Shown here: in pieces, positions 10,862-24,345 of the stretch | How positions within the stretch are numbered: position 1 is the stretch's first letter | How the letters are laid out: every line of letters begins with the position of its first letter | Notes under the pieces: model-generated | The model's database searches: none | Told to the model about the DNA's origin: nothing | The model's input: the letters and a program-made list of their open reading frames with translations, nothing else | Assembly: GCA_950097015.1 (NCBI GenBank) | Contig: CATNEN010000039.1 | Location: 13,702,001 to 13,766,000 of the forward strand | DNA: 64,000 bases | Reading direction: 5' to 3' | Source of the DNA: Macrostomum hystrix | Taxonomy: Eukaryota > Animalia > Platyhelminthes | Program-made: the position numbers and the translations under genes

Positions 10862-13800
10862 ATGAATATAGAGGTGGAAGATATTCCCATTGACGAAAAT
10901 CCGTGGAATCCCAAAGACGACGAGCAGGAGCGAAGAAATCGTCGACGCTCGCACGCTGCCGAACTTCTGTCTGGCGCCGGCATCGTTGACAATGCCGGCG
11001 ACGGCGCGGGAGCCGAGGCGGCCGCCTCAGCCGCTGCCAGCGCTGCTATCAATCGCATGTCAGCCAAACAGCTAACTGAGCACTATGAAGATTGCATTAA
11101 ACTATCGGCCGAGGGTAAAATATCGGCTAAGAACGCCTTCGCCTTGCATCTGATCGACTACCTAGCGGGCATGGTTAAACAGGATAACTTTGGCGGATTT
11201 CAGGTAACAGATATCATTAGTTTCTGACGGCTTTGGTCACGACGTTCTTGATTTCTTATTATCTGAATTAATTGTTGGAGGGGCCTTTATATATAGAAGT
11301 ACATTGCTCTCCTATCTTATTAACACTTTTCTATGCGCTAGAAGAGAGTAATACAGTACCTAAATATAGTTTTTCTATACTATACGTCCACAGTATGCTT
11401 ATTTAGTTTAAAGAAATAATAAGGGTTTAGGCCATAGACAATTGCATCTATTAAATTCTAAGCTGCTTTGATACTGAAATACCATGTCTACACTGCCTGT
11501 CAATGAGAAAGTCAGGGCAGATGTACAGAACTGTGTGAGCGTATGCCTGCGTACTGTATCTGTGTGAGTGTGTGCTCAGGAGTCAGCGAAATAGGCATAA
11601 TTGCCTCACTAGCTGGCTGCCGGTCCACTGTCACCAAATGATGTGCCATTGTCCGCAGCCCTCCTCCAAATGTTATTATTAATATTATTATTATTACTCT
11701 CGACTTCCAATTTTACTTCAACTGTGGTCTTTGGTTCGAATCCCCTACTTTAAGTGCACTTATAATCACACCCGTGCCAGGTGGCTTCCAGTTCACTGGA
11801 CGCGGGCGCCAAAATCTACGCCGGCAGGGTGGACGCCGTACATCAGGAGGCCTACAAAGTACTGGGCGGCTTGGGTCGCTCATCGGCGGCCGATAAGAAA
11901 GGCGGTGCAGCCAGCGATGACGACGACGAAGGCGGTGGCGGCGGCGCCGATGACGACGCCGACGAAGATAATCGACAGTCGGCCGCGGCGAAGCGCAAAG
12001 CTGAACGAAAGCGTCGACCAAAGGCTGTGATCGCTGGCAACTTGTCTAGAATCCGGCTGAAACCGACTAGTCTCAGATTCGACGTGGATCCTCTGTTTCA
12101 ACAGCAGGCCGCCGCCTACGACGATGGCGGCACTGGCGAGCTGCGTCTAAACAATGTCTGCGTGCTGGACAATGCCTGCGAGATCCTGCTAGACTCGGAT
12201 GCATCAGTCTGCATTGGCGCACCAGCTAATAGACCTGATGCTGGCCTAAAACAGACCTGTGCCCTGCCTGCCGACATCACAGGTCGACTGGAAGCTCTTC
12301 TAATTAAACCCGAGAACAAAATGGATGACCTGGACAATGTTCAAGAGACCGACAATGTCGAGCTAGACGAAGATATGCCGGCGCTCTGTATCGCTTTTCG
12401 CGAATTTTCTTTCCTCCAACGCCGCGGCGGCAACGGTTTCAATGGTGATGCCACATTGGGCTTCGGCGGCAATGCTGATCAGAGTGCCGTCCTGGCTGAC
12501 TTTGTTGCCCGGCTTCCGCCGCCCGAGGACGACCTACCAGTTGACGACGATCGCGACGACTGTAATCCTGCTGGCGACTTTGACGACGATGATGGCGACC
12601 TGAATCACATAGGCAATACGGCTATGCAGATTGATATGTGCGAAGAACGGGACGCTGTTGTAGTCCAGACTGCCGATACACAGATTGGCGACAGCTTGTA
12701 AGTAACTTTTTTACATGTTTCTGATTCTGATTAGGTTAAACGGCGAGAGCAACTATACCATGATTTTAGGTATTTAATGCCTCGTCATGTGACAAGTAGT
12801 TTTTTATCTACAACTGCTAAATTTAGTAACCTTAGAATGCGTATTAAAAGTAGGACTGCCAAGCCATTTTGCCGCCCGAATGCTAACAGCGTTGGGTGGT
12901 GACTGATTGGCTGACAGACTAGGCGTGGGTGTCCTGTGGTTGAGCTGCGCCTAATATTTAGGCTTGATCAGTGAAATCTGAGAAATTCTCATCAGGGTGT
13001 CCATAGTGGCCTAGTTCCACCTGTTGTAGCCCTTGAAGGTCCAGCAGTTCGTCTAGATAAAGGTAGGTGACCACCGAAGACGGAGATGATGCAGGCACAT
13101 TCGGGTGACACGGAGATAAATTTTGAAGGCCTGGCAAGGCGCACTGAGGCGTAGTGCTAATTCGTGTATTTGGGTGTATGAAATACACTAGCGCTAATGG
13201 GAAGAATCTGACCTTCAGCCAGAACCATTGAATATCTCGACGGTCTCAAGAGCTGGCGAGCGACTTGATTCTGAACTTGAATCAGACTCGAACAGAAAAT
13301 GCGCAACAAAAAGTTTGCCCGTGTTCTTGACCTTGTCGTGTCCTTGCGTTGCTCCGTTCTGGTGAAGAAAAGCCCCGTCTTGGTAGTTCTACTGTTAAAC
13401 ATTCAGGTGTTGGCTTAGCCTCCGTTTTTTATTTTTCGATACATATCGGCTAGGATTTTTCTATCGATCACCTTCGCCACCCAAAACCTGTCGCAGTCAT
13501 CCGAACGCTAGCAGAAATTTTGTGGAAACTCTGCGCGACATGCTGTCTGATCGTTACGCCTACATGGCGTCGCTTGGCGTTCCCGGCGCCAAGAGCAGCG
13601 GCGGTGAAATCTTTCGCCTATTCTCCGATCCGTCCTGCTGGCGTAAAAAGTGCAAACTGACTACGCTCTTCTCTAAATGCGGCAGCGCCGTGTCTGGCGG
13701 GGCGAAATCCGCGGCCATCGCCGGCTCCGAAGCACCTGACGATGCTGGCAAATTCTCCAACGCGCAATCTTCAGAATCGGCGGCTTCGTCGATAGCTCCG

Positions 13801-16394
13801 GCTGCGTCGAAAATTCGTCGTCAAGCTGCTGCCACCGCGGCTAAAGCTGCCGCGGAAATGCTGCTAGCGGCTGACGCGCCGATGGACTGGCGGCGTCGTC
13901 TGGCGCAGACCAGATCCGGGCACAAGCTGACTGAATCTGTCATCGCTAGGAATATGCGTACATTGATGGACCTGCCACCATTCGTGCTGCCCCAATCTAG
14001 AGAATCGTCTACTAAGCATAATCTACTCAGCCTGCTGGTTGGCAGTAGGCAAAGCTTTCACAGTGTGAGTACAGTTCTTTGAGTATGCGAAATTGGTCTA
14101 TTTTTAGTGCATTGGCTCGAATCCGCAATAATTGAGGGCTCTAGAGTCGTAGGCCGGGGGTTCGATTCCCAAATCCAACAATTTTTGTCCTTGGCAAGAC
14201 ACGAAACTCTGCTTTGCTACAGTTCACCCAGCTGTTTAAATGGGTACCAGCATCAGCTTGGGTGTGATTAAGGGTAAATGTGACGTCCCCCAGTCCATGG
14301 ACTGTTCAGCCGTACGTGCAAAGGCTGCGGCTGTGCATCTGGCCCAATTAGGGGCAGTTCTCATTAATTATAATTGCTTCGGGTAACACTCTAAAGCACA
14401 GTGCGATTGTACGCTGACTGAAGATCAGAAATTATTTGTTCCCTAAATTGTCCATTGGGTGGGATTTAACGGCCTGGTGTTAAAGTAATCGTAAGCTAGA
14501 TATTTTGCTCAATGATGCGTGTTCGAACTCATGACCGTACTTAAGGCTGTGATCTGAATAAAAACACATTTATATATTTCCAGGCAACGTCAGACAATAA
14601 TCAGCATCAAAAGCCAGATTGTGGCGAGAATGCTTCCTCTTCGATGCTGCGCAACGACAATCACGACGATGACGATGCAGCCGACGCTCACGATCTAGAC
14701 GACGACGCCGATTTGAATAATTTTGGCGACGACGCCGCTGCCTACGACGCCAACGGCGGCGCTGAATCGGCCACGGCAGCCGGCCTGACAGCCTTTGATC
14801 AACCGTTCGCCGACGCATTCTCTCAGGCTGTTGGAGGCCAGGCTACCCAGCTACCATTGGCGGGCGGCTCGCAAGCTATCGGCTCACAACCGTTGCAAAC
14901 CCTGCAGGCGCCTTATAAGGTGAGTCTTTTATCAAAATTCTTTAAATAGGAGTTGAATCTTTACGTTTGGATTTTGTGCTTTTCGTTGCACTAATTTTGT
15001 GTACTATAAGGGCCGCTTTGGCGGGTATTCTTGTGTACTTTTATTGACTGAGTTCTAGTGCACTTTTATTGACTGAGTTATTGTGTACTTTTATTGACTG
15101 AGTTCTAGTGCACTTTTATTGACTGAGTTATTGTGTACTTTTATTGACTGAGTTCTTGTGTACTTTTATTGACTGAGTTCTTGTGTACTTTTATTGACTG
15201 AGTTCTTGTGTACTTTTATTGACTGAGTTCTTGTGTACTTTTATTGACTGAGTTCTTGTGTACTTTTATTGACTGAGTTATTGTGTACTTTTATTGACTG
15301 AGTTCTAGTGCACTTTTATTGACTGAGTTCTTGTGTACTTTTATTGACTGAGTTCTTGTGTACTTTTATTGACTGAGTTCTTGTGTACTTTTATTGACTG
15401 AGTTCTTGTGTACTTTTATTGACTGAGTTCTAGTGCACTTTTATTGACTGAGTTCTAGTGCACTTTTATTGACTGAGTTCTTCTGTACTTTTATTAAATG
15501 AGTTCTTGTGTACTTTTCTTAGCGGGGTTTAAGTTGTGTACTTTTTAACTGACTTTTGTCAGACCGTTTACTGGCCTACTATCTGAAATCCATTATTATA
15601 TTCTTTTAGATAAACTCATAGTCGCTAAAATTAACTTTTAGTTTTTCTCTAGTCTGCTAGTTAATAATGTTTATTGTCATTTATTTCTGTACATTACTGT
15701 CTACTGATACTGCACCAAAAATAAATTAACTAATCATTAAATCCCTATTTCTGTGTCCCAGGTAAATCAGTTGGACATTGCCTACGCTAAAACAGCCAAG
15801 CGAATCAACATTAGCCGGCTGAAGCGTTCAATGTGGCAACTGTTGGAGACGGAAGGCGGTGCCGACAAGGTTGCAACCACCGCGCTGGACTTTAGTCAGG
15901 ACGATGATTCCCGGCGGCAGAGCCAGCAGCAGCAACAGGACGAATTCTTTGATGGCGAGCGTTCGTTTGCTAGATTGTTACAAAAATTGCCACCTAAAGT
16001 GGGTGCAACCACAGCTCAAGATCTGTCTGTGTCTATTGTGTTCAGCTGCCTGCTCTACCTGGCTAATGAAAAGGTGCGGAAATTTGTTTAAGTTTTTGTT
16101 TACTTTTTGCTACTACAAGTAGTATCATGTTTGCGTTTATATTTGATAAATGATGTTTTTTTACCTAAAACTCAGACGCTGCACTTGTCAACTAATGCGG
16201 ATTTGTCTGACATGCGCATCACTCACGGCCTGCCGCAGCACGAGGTGGATCTGAGGGCGGCGCTTAATCCTCGCCTAAAGCAGCAACGGCAGCAGCAGCA
16301 GCAGCAGCTGTTGTCCTCTTTAGAGAAGAATCGAAAACGACAAGCTACAATTGAAGAATTGTGGGGTAACGATGATAGCGAAGAGGATTTTTAG
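10862..16394 (+). CDS. NCAPH: Condensin I kleisin subunit CAP-H / Barren / Cnd2; exons 10862-11203, 11781-12697, 13515-14064, 14584-14919, 15762-16073, 16176-16394
   Basis: N-terminal motifs CIKLSAEGKISAKNAFALHLIDY and FQVASSSLDAGAKIYAGRVDAVH; VDPLF...DDGG; C-terminal IAYAKTAKRINISRLK and FSCLLYLANEK. All introns are GT-AG and phase-compatible (0,2,0,0,0). Further 5' exons are possible. Confidence 0.92.
11485..11697 (+). mobile_element. SINE family A, 3' half with (TAT)n tail
   Basis: Matches the 3' part of the copies at 37281, 53586 and 59178. Confidence 0.75.
14103..14375 (+). mobile_element. SINE family B copy in CAP-H intron 3
   Basis: GGGTTCGATTCCC; TGTCCTTGGCAAGACAC; TTCACCCAGCTGTTTAAATGGGTACC; palindrome; ATT tail. 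Confidence 0.75.
15028..15518. repeat. 25-bp tandem array (GACTGAGTTCTTGTGTACTTTTATT) in CAP-H intron 4
   Basis: Direct reading. Confidence 0.95.
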
Positions 16395-16759
16395 CCTATT
16401 AGACAATTAAATCTCTTTTTTGTACAGAATGTCTTTGTTGGGATTGTGGAACTAGTTACCCTGTTGAATTGCTAAGCGAAATTAAAAGAAATTCAATTTA
16501 ATTGTAGTTTTTCTGTAGCTTTTTGTGTGGAAACTTTTCTATTAATATTGTTGTGTAGCTCAACGAATCAAATGCATGTTTTGCTACGTAAGTGTGTATT
16601 ATTTTATTCATTTTTTCAAGATCTTATTTACTGTATTATAAATGCTCTTTACGCCCGATATTTTAGATAGTCTTATGACCCATATTAGTAAACAACGGTG
16701 CATTATCACCGATAACAGTCGTTTGTTACACCATATTGCAAAATAATGTTTTTTATGGT

Positions 16760-18520
16760 TGTAATGACCCAACTGAGTGACCGATTTATAAGGGAAGTAA
16801 TGACCAGCTGAATTACCGATTTGTGTAGGAAGCAAAGACCAAATGAATGACCGATTTGTGTTGTAAAATAATGACCTACTGAGTGATCGATTTGTGTGGG
16901 AAGTAATGACCAAGTGAATGACCGATTTGTGTTGGGAAGTAATGACCAAGTGAATGACCGATTTGTGTTGGGCAGTAATGACCAAGTGAATGACCGATTT
17001 GTGTTGGGCAGTAATGACCAAGTGAATGACCGACTTGTGTTGGGAAGTAATGACCAAGTGAATGACCGATTTGTGTTGGGCAGTAATGACCAAATGAATG
17101 ACCGATTTGTGTTGTAAAAAAATAACCTATTGAGTGATCGATTTGTGTGGGAAACAAGGACCAACTGAATGACCGACTTGTGTTGGGAAGTAATGACCAA
17201 GTGAATGACCGATTTGTGTTGGGCAGTAATGACCAAATGAATGACCGATTTGTGTTGTAAAAAAATAACCTATTGAGTGATCGATTTGTGTGGGAAACAA
17301 GGACCAACTGAATGACCGATTTGTGTTGGAAAGTAATGACTTACTGAATGACCGATTTGTGTTGGAAAGTAATGACCAACTGAATGACCGATTTGTGTTG
17401 GAAAGTAATGACCTACTGAATGACCGATTTGTGTTGGAAAGTAATGACCAACTGAATGACCGATTTGTGTTGGAAAGTAATGACCTACTGAAATACCGAT
17501 TTGTGTTGGAAAGTAATGACCAACTGAATGACCGATTTGTGTTGGAAAGTAATGACCTACTGAGTGATCGATTTGTGTGGGAAGTAATGACCAAGTGAAT
17601 GACCGATTTGTGTTGGGCAGTAATGACCAAATGAATGACCGATTTGTGTTGTAAAAAAATAACCTATTGAGTGATCGATTTGTGTGGGAAACAAGGACCA
17701 ACTGAATGACCGACTTGTGTTGGGAAGTAATGACCAAGTGAATGACCGATTTGTGTTGGGCAGTAATGACCAAATGAATGACCGATTTGTGTTGTAAAAA
17801 AATAACCTATTGAGTGATCGATTTGTGTGGGAAACAAGGACCAACTGAATGACCGATTTGTGTTGGAAAGTAATGACTTACTGAATGACCGATTTGTGTT
17901 GGAAAGTAATGACCAACTGAATGACCGATTTGTGTTGGAAAGTAATGACCTACTGAATGACCGATTTGTGTTGGAAAGTAATGACCAACTGAATGACCGA
18001 TTTGTGTTGGAAAGTAATGACCTACTGAGTGATCGATTTGTGTGGGAAGTAATGACCAAGTGAATGACCGATTTGTGTTGGGCAGTAATGACCAAATGAA
18101 TGACCGATTTGTGTTGTAAAAATTGACCTATTGAGTGATCGATTTGTGTGGGAAACAAGGACCAACTGAATGACCGATTTGTGTTGGGAAGTAATGACCA
18201 AGTGAATGACCGATTTGTGTTGGGCAGTAATGACCAACTGAATGACAGACTTGTGTTAGCAAGTAATGACCAACTGAACGACCGATTTGGGGGGAATTAA
18301 TGACCAACTGAATGACCGATTTGTGTTAGCAAGTAATGACCAACTGAATGACCGATTTGTGTTAGCAAGTAATTACCAACTGAATGACCGATTTGGGGGG
18401 AATTAATGACCTACTGAATGACCGATTTGGGGGGGAAGTAATGACCAACTGAATAACCGATGTGTGTTGTGAAGTAATGACCAAGCGAATGACCGACTTG
18501 TGCTGGGAAGTAATGACCAG
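16760..18520. repeat. 36-bp satellite (AATGACCGATTTGTGTTGGAAAGTAATGACCAACTG) with higher-order structure
   Basis: Direct reading; 12-aa periodicity in the ORF track. Confidence 0.95.
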
Positions 18521-19289
18521 TTTTTAGGATACTTGTAACTATAAGTATGGACAGTTTTTATTCGTTAATGGCAAATGAGTTGAGTCAGGTGATATGTAAT
18601 TACTAATTAAACAATAATATGTGCATCCTGTAGCATTCTCAGTCGTATGTACATATAACTGCAATCACTGTTGCAATGCGTATTGTTAATTGCAGTAAGA
18701 CATTTATTCCAGTCACAATGCTTTTTTTCCAGCTTAAGTGCATTTTTGTGCATTTTTTTGTCGGTGCTAAAATAGATAAGTTGCTTAGGTTGCTCAGTTT
18801 ATCAAATAATTATTCAACGGTGCGCAAAGCATATTATTTTTTATACTACTTTTCTTTTCTAATTATTATTTTTGTGAACTTTTTGGTTATTTCGTTTCAC
18901 AAATGACATGCTTGATTTATAATATCTACTCAATCTTTAGTGCTTTTATTAAAACTATACTCAATTATATTCCGACTAATATAGAAGTCAATTAATTGTC
19001 TCTATAATTTGTATTATAATTATTATTAATAAACTGTAAAACATGGTTTGGCAGCTTCTTACAGCATTACTACTTTCACAAAGAAAAGTTTTTCCCATGT
19101 TTTTTTTTCAAACAAATAGCATTTTAGACTATATGCGTTTTCAGTATTTCCATCTAGTTATTTTCTCAACTCTACACCACTCTAAACCTTTCAGCTTTTT
19201 CGACACTTTTTCGGCACATCGCTACTTGCAACATCTTTCGATCCAGTAGCGAGTTGCGCAAATAGAAATTTTCAATTAAAAAAACCGGA

Positions 19290-19931
19290 ATGGCGTCAAG
19301 CGATCTAGAGAAGCTGCGGCATTTGTTAGACGCATCCGACCTTCGCTATCTAAATAGCTATTGGACTAAAGCGTTTCGCCTGTTTAAAACGCATCGCCTG
19401 CCTACCTTGGTGTCATCGCGCGCCACCGAAGCTTGTCGGCGGGCGGCGATAGAGCGAGTGAAGTCGGATTGGTCAAATCTAGGCATTGAGCAGCGACTGT
19501 ACTATTGCCAGCTAGCTAATTGTTTTCATTCGCGCAGCAAGTTGACTCTGATTAAGCGCAGCAAATTGACTGCGCCAAATCAGATGCCTGCAGTGGACAG
19601 TGCTCAGGATTTGAGTGCTAAAAATGCATCGATTATTCAGCAGAAAATTATGCAGCAGTATGTACCAATACATCCTAGGTGTAGTTCCAATATTAATCCT
19701 AGCTCAGCACCTGCTCACGCCAGCGATGCTAATCTTCAATATCATTCTCAACTAGCTAATCATCTGGCTTCCACTGCTTTTAGTTATTACTGGCCTAGTC
19801 CGGTCATTGTGTTCCATCCGACTCAGCAGCAGCAGCAGCAGGCGCCATTTGGACTGCCTTTCAATCTACTGCCGCCTACTTTTTATCCTATGCCAACCTT
19901 TGAAATCGAAAAGCATCTTCCACACAAATGA
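19290..19931 (+). CDS. Intronless divergent HMG-box-like protein with Q/P-rich C-terminal tail
   Basis: 213-aa ORF in AT-rich surroundings. KAFRLF...R...I..VKSDWSNLGIEQRLYY...A follows the HMG-box AF.LF / W..L..E.K..Y spacing. Low-complexity Q/P tail. Confidence 0.55.
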   Translation: MASSDLEKLRHLLDASDLRYLNSYWTKAFRLFKTHRLPTLVSSRATEACRRAAIERVKSDWSNLGIEQRLYYCQLANCFHSRSKLTLIKRSKLTAPNQMPAVDSAQDLSAKNASIIQQKIMQQYVPIHPRCSSNINPSSAPAHASDANLQYHSQLANHLASTAFSYYWPSPVIVFHPTQQQQQQAPFGLPFNLLPPTFYPMPTFEIEKHLPHK

Positions 19932-20264
19932 AAACTGAAGCTTACAATTGTTTTCTCTTTCTTTACCGCAATCGTTTTTTCTTATCTACTTTTTTATAAG
20001 ACAGTTCAGCTCCATTCAAACATGTTTTATTATCTTTTCACTCAGAATTTTTCTCCTAAAAACTCTTTTACGGCAGAAACCAAATTTATGTCAGCATTTA
20101 ACAGTTTTTAGCAAACAAAATAATAAAACCATTCTAAACAAAAGCGTTCTTAAGCTGTTTTCGTTTTTTTGTTGCAGCGTTTTCTTTGTTTTTAATTGCG
20201 GTTCTAGTCTTAATGCTGGCTTTACTAATAATTTTTATTTACAAAATAGTCTCAGGACTTGTTA

Positions 20265-22271
20265 ATAACTGCAGTCCAGTCACTCTGGAATAGCAGTCCA
20301 GTCACTCTGGAATAACAGTCCAGTCACTCTGGAATAGCAGTCCAGTCACTCTGGAATAGCAGTCCAGTCACTCTGGAATAGCAGTCCAGTCACTCTGGAA
20401 TAGCAGTCAAGTCACTCTGGAATAACAGTCCACTCACTCTGGAATAACAGTCCAGTCACTCTGGAATAACAGTCCAGTCACTCTGGAATAACAGTCCACT
20501 CACTCTGGAATAGCAGTCCAGTCACTCTGGAATAACAGTCCAGTCACTCTGGAATAACAGTCCAGTCACTCTGGAATAGCAGTCCAGTCACTCTGGAATA
20601 ACAGTCCAGTCACTCTGGAATAACAGTCCAGTCACTCTGGAATAGCAGTCCAGTCACTCTGGAATAACAGTCCAGTCACTCTGGAATAGCAGTCCAGTCA
20701 CTCTGGAATAGCAGTCCAGTCACTCTGGAATAACAGTCAAGTCACTCTGGAATAGCAGTCCAGTCACTCTGGAATAACAGTCAAGTCACTCTGGAATAAC
20801 AGTCAAGTCACTCTGGAATAACAGTCCAGTCACTCTGGAATAGCAGTCCAGTCACTCTGGAATAACAGTCCAGTCACTCTGGAATAACAGTCCAGTCACT
20901 CTGTAATAACAGTCCAGTCACTCTGGAATAACAGTCCAGTCACTCTGGAATAACAGTCCAGTCACTCTGGAATAACAGTCCAGTCACTCTGGAATAACAG
21001 TCCAGTCACTCTGGAATAACAGTCCAGTCACTCTGGAAAAACAGTCCAGTCACTCTGGAATAACAGTCCAGTCACTATGGAATAACAGTCCAGTCACTCT
21101 GGAATAACAGTCCAGTCACTCTGGAATAACAGTCCAGTCACTCTGGAATAGCAGTCCAGTCACTCTGGAATAGCAGTCCAGTCACTCTGGAATAGCAGTC
21201 CAGTCACTCTGGAATAACAGTCTAGTCACTCTGGAATAACAGTCCAGTCACTCTGGAAAAACAGTCCAGTCACTCTGGAATAACAGTCAAGTCACTCTGG
21301 AATAACAGTCTAGTCACTCTGGAATAGCAGTCCAGTCACTCTGGAATAGCAGTCCAGTCACTCTGGAATAGCAGTCCAGTCACTCTGGAATAACAGTCTA
21401 GTCACTCTGGAATAACAGTCCAGTCACTCTGGAAAAACAGTCCAGTCACTCTGGAATAACAGTCAAGTCACTCTGGAATAACAGTCAAGTCACTCTGGAA
21501 TAACAGTCAAGTCACTCTGGAATAACAGTCCAGTCACGCTGGAAAAGCAGTCCAGTCACTCTGGAATAACAGTCCAGTCACTCTGGAATAGCAGTCCAGT
21601 CACTCTGGAATAGCAGTCAAGTCACTCTGGAATAGCAGTCCAGTCACTCTGGAATAGCAGTCCAGTCACTCTGGAATAGCATTCCAGTCACTCTGGAATA
21701 GCAGTCCAGTCACTCTGGAATAACAGTCTAGTCACTCTGGAATAACAGTCCAGTCACTCTGGAATAACAGTCTAGTCACTCTGGAATAACAGTCCAGTCA
21801 CTCTGGAATAGCAGTCCAGTCACTCTGGAATAACAGTCTAGTCACTCTGGAATAACAGTCCAGTCACTCTGGAAAAACAGTCCAGTCACTCTGGAATAAC
21901 AGTCAAGTCACTCTGGAATAACAGTCCAGTCACTCTGGAATAACAGTCTAGTCACTCTGAAATAACAGTCAAGTCACTCTGGAATAACAGTCCAGTCACG
22001 CTGGAAAAGCAGTCCAGTCACTCTGGAATAACAGTCCAGTCACTCTGGAATAGCAGTCCAGTCACTCTGGAATAGCAGTCCAGTCACTCTGGAATAGCAG
22101 TCCAGTCACTCTGGAATAGCAGTCCAGTCACTCTGGAATAGCAGTCCAGTCACTCTGGAATAACAGTCTAGTCACTCTGGAATAACAGTCCAGTCACTCT
22201 GGAATAACAGTCCAGTCACTCTGGAATAACAGTCAAGTCACTCTGGAATAACAGTCCAGTCACCCTGGAAT
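20265..22271. repeat. 22-bp satellite (CAGTCCAGTCACTCTGGAATAR), about 90 units
   Basis: Direct reading. Confidence 0.97.
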
Positions 22272-22914
22272 ATTTTAAAGAGAGTGACCAGAGATTTAAT
22301 GTACAGTAGACTTATTATAGGGACCTATGAGATGGGACCAACTGAAAGTATTGTTTTACTGTTTTGAAGACGGTGCAATGTAAAATTGTTTGATCGGTAA
22401 CCATAGTAAATCATATATAGGGTAGCAGTGTCCAATCGATCTGCCGGCGTGTGTATCAACATTGGTCGGTTTCTATCAGAGAATTCATACGACTGTATCC
22501 GTTTATCAGCCACGCTTCAATTCACAATTCTGTGCTAGCTCAGCCGATGTGCCGGGTTTTTATGTTCGAGACGGGTTATACATACGAGCGTATATGCGAC
22601 TGCGAAATCTTCATCTCATAATACATGTATCCGCAATCATCCGCTTGAATTGAACTGGATTGAATGCCAGTGCTATTGGATGTGTCTCTCTCACACTGCA
22701 CATTCACTATAGTATATACATATACGAGTATGTATACGTATAGACTCAAATCTCTGCGATTCCATTTAGTCCAATAAGTCCCTAACTCAAGATTAATATA
22801 CATTATTATCCTCAATGTATGCGATTATCAGAGTTCAATTTTTTCCGCTATTAAACATTTAAGTGTGCGCTCCTGATTCTGAAAACTTCTGGAGCTAAGC
22901 CGAATGTCTGACGA

Positions 22915-23352
22915 TGACAGACAATCCTTTGATTGACCAGAGAGTTACAGACAATGCACTGAATGACCAGAGAGTTACAGACAATGCACTGAATGACCAG
23001 AGTGTTACAGACAATCTACTTATTGACCAGAGAGTTACAGACAATCTACTTATTGACCAGAGAGTTACAGACAATCTAATTATTGACCAGAGAGTTACAG
23101 ACAATCTACTTATTGACCAGAGAGTTACAGACAATCTACTTATTGACCAGAGAGTTACAGACAATCTAATTATTGACCAGAGAGTTACAGACAATGCAAT
23201 GTATGACCAGAGCGTTACAGAACATGTAATGAATGACCAGAGGGTTACAGACAATCTACTTATTGACCAGAGAGTTACAGACAATCAATGTACTCAATGA
23301 CCAGAGAGTTTCAGACAATGCACTGAATGAGCAGAGAATTACAGACAATGCA
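22915..23352. repeat. 30-bp tandem array (GACCAGAGAGTTACAGACAATCTACTTATT)
   Basis: Direct reading. Confidence 0.95.
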
Positions 23353-23399
23353 CGGGATGGCCTGAGAGCTACATAAAACTACATAATATAATTTTTATA

Positions 23400-23552
23400 T
23401 TTGCGAGATGGCAGTTGGCAGTGGCACGTACACCATTTGGTGACACTAGGTCCGCAGCCAGCGAGGAGGCTCGCCAACGCTTCTCACCGCGGGTGCGCCC
23501 CAAATAAATGTGGCCTCAATCGAGCTCATGAACCTTGGTGCGAGAGGCAAAC
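23400..23552 (-). mobile_element. SINE family A, internally deleted
   Basis: Reverse complement of head and 3' segments of family A. Confidence 0.65.
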
Positions 23553-24234
23553 TTTCAGCAAATTTTTGGTCACTTTCTTCTCTCATACTTTACAATATTC
23601 TCCTTTGAGCGTATTTGTCATGCACAGATTTCCTAATTGCTTTGAACAGTTCGATCCAACCGAAGCCGAGCTTGACTTTGAGCTGGGGAAACTTTGTCCG
23701 GAGTTGGGAAATTGTTGGGATTCCGGGAATTTTTCCTGGTCGATGCTCGCGCCCCTCCCTCCAGTGTGGTCAGGGTGGGTTGAGTTGGCGGTGCTAGAAA
23801 TCAATTGAGTTCTGCGGAGAAGTGTGCAGCTAGGACTTTGGGACTAAAGCTCATTGCTGTAAGGGCGAGGTTATTTATTTCAAAGGCCTACGTATGATAT
23901 ATGGCTCGCCTATGAGCCTTTCTATTCAGAAGCAGTTGATACGATTGATGAGACTGAATTGGATGGAACACATCTTTGCTCACAATTGCTTTGGGTACTT
24001 CTTCCATTCATTTCAGATCTGGTATAAGGGGCGGAAGGGAAAATTGATGACCACTTGACCGATTCAATCCAGTCCAGTACTATGAATAATATTTCAGGGC
24101 TGGTGTTGTAGGAATGTTGGAAAATTCAATAGGAGATTTATTTGAAAAAATGACTCGGTAAATCATCGTTATTTTCCGCAACCATCTGTGTTAACCGATA
24201 TATAACCTTAGTAGTGAAGGTCTAATAATTAAGT

Positions 24235-24345
24235 GTCAGAGTTAAGTGTCTTGCTAAAGGGCACAAATTATTTCAGTGGCGTCGGGAATCGAACCCCCGA
24301 CCGTCGGGTCGTGACTCCGACGCTCTGACCAACATTGGCTACAAC
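24235..24345 (-). mobile_element. SINE family B, head only
   Basis: Reverse complement of the tRNA head and the start of the CORE-like domain. Confidence 0.7.

Noticed and set aside
12777-12789. AATGCCTCGTCAT, a 13-nt match to the same 28S region
   Set aside because: The match does not extend on either side and is compatible with chance.
12860-13420. GC-richer segment in CAP-H intron 2 with short minus-strand ORFs
   Set aside because: No recognisable domain, termini or TSD; may be a decayed retroelement but cannot be supported.
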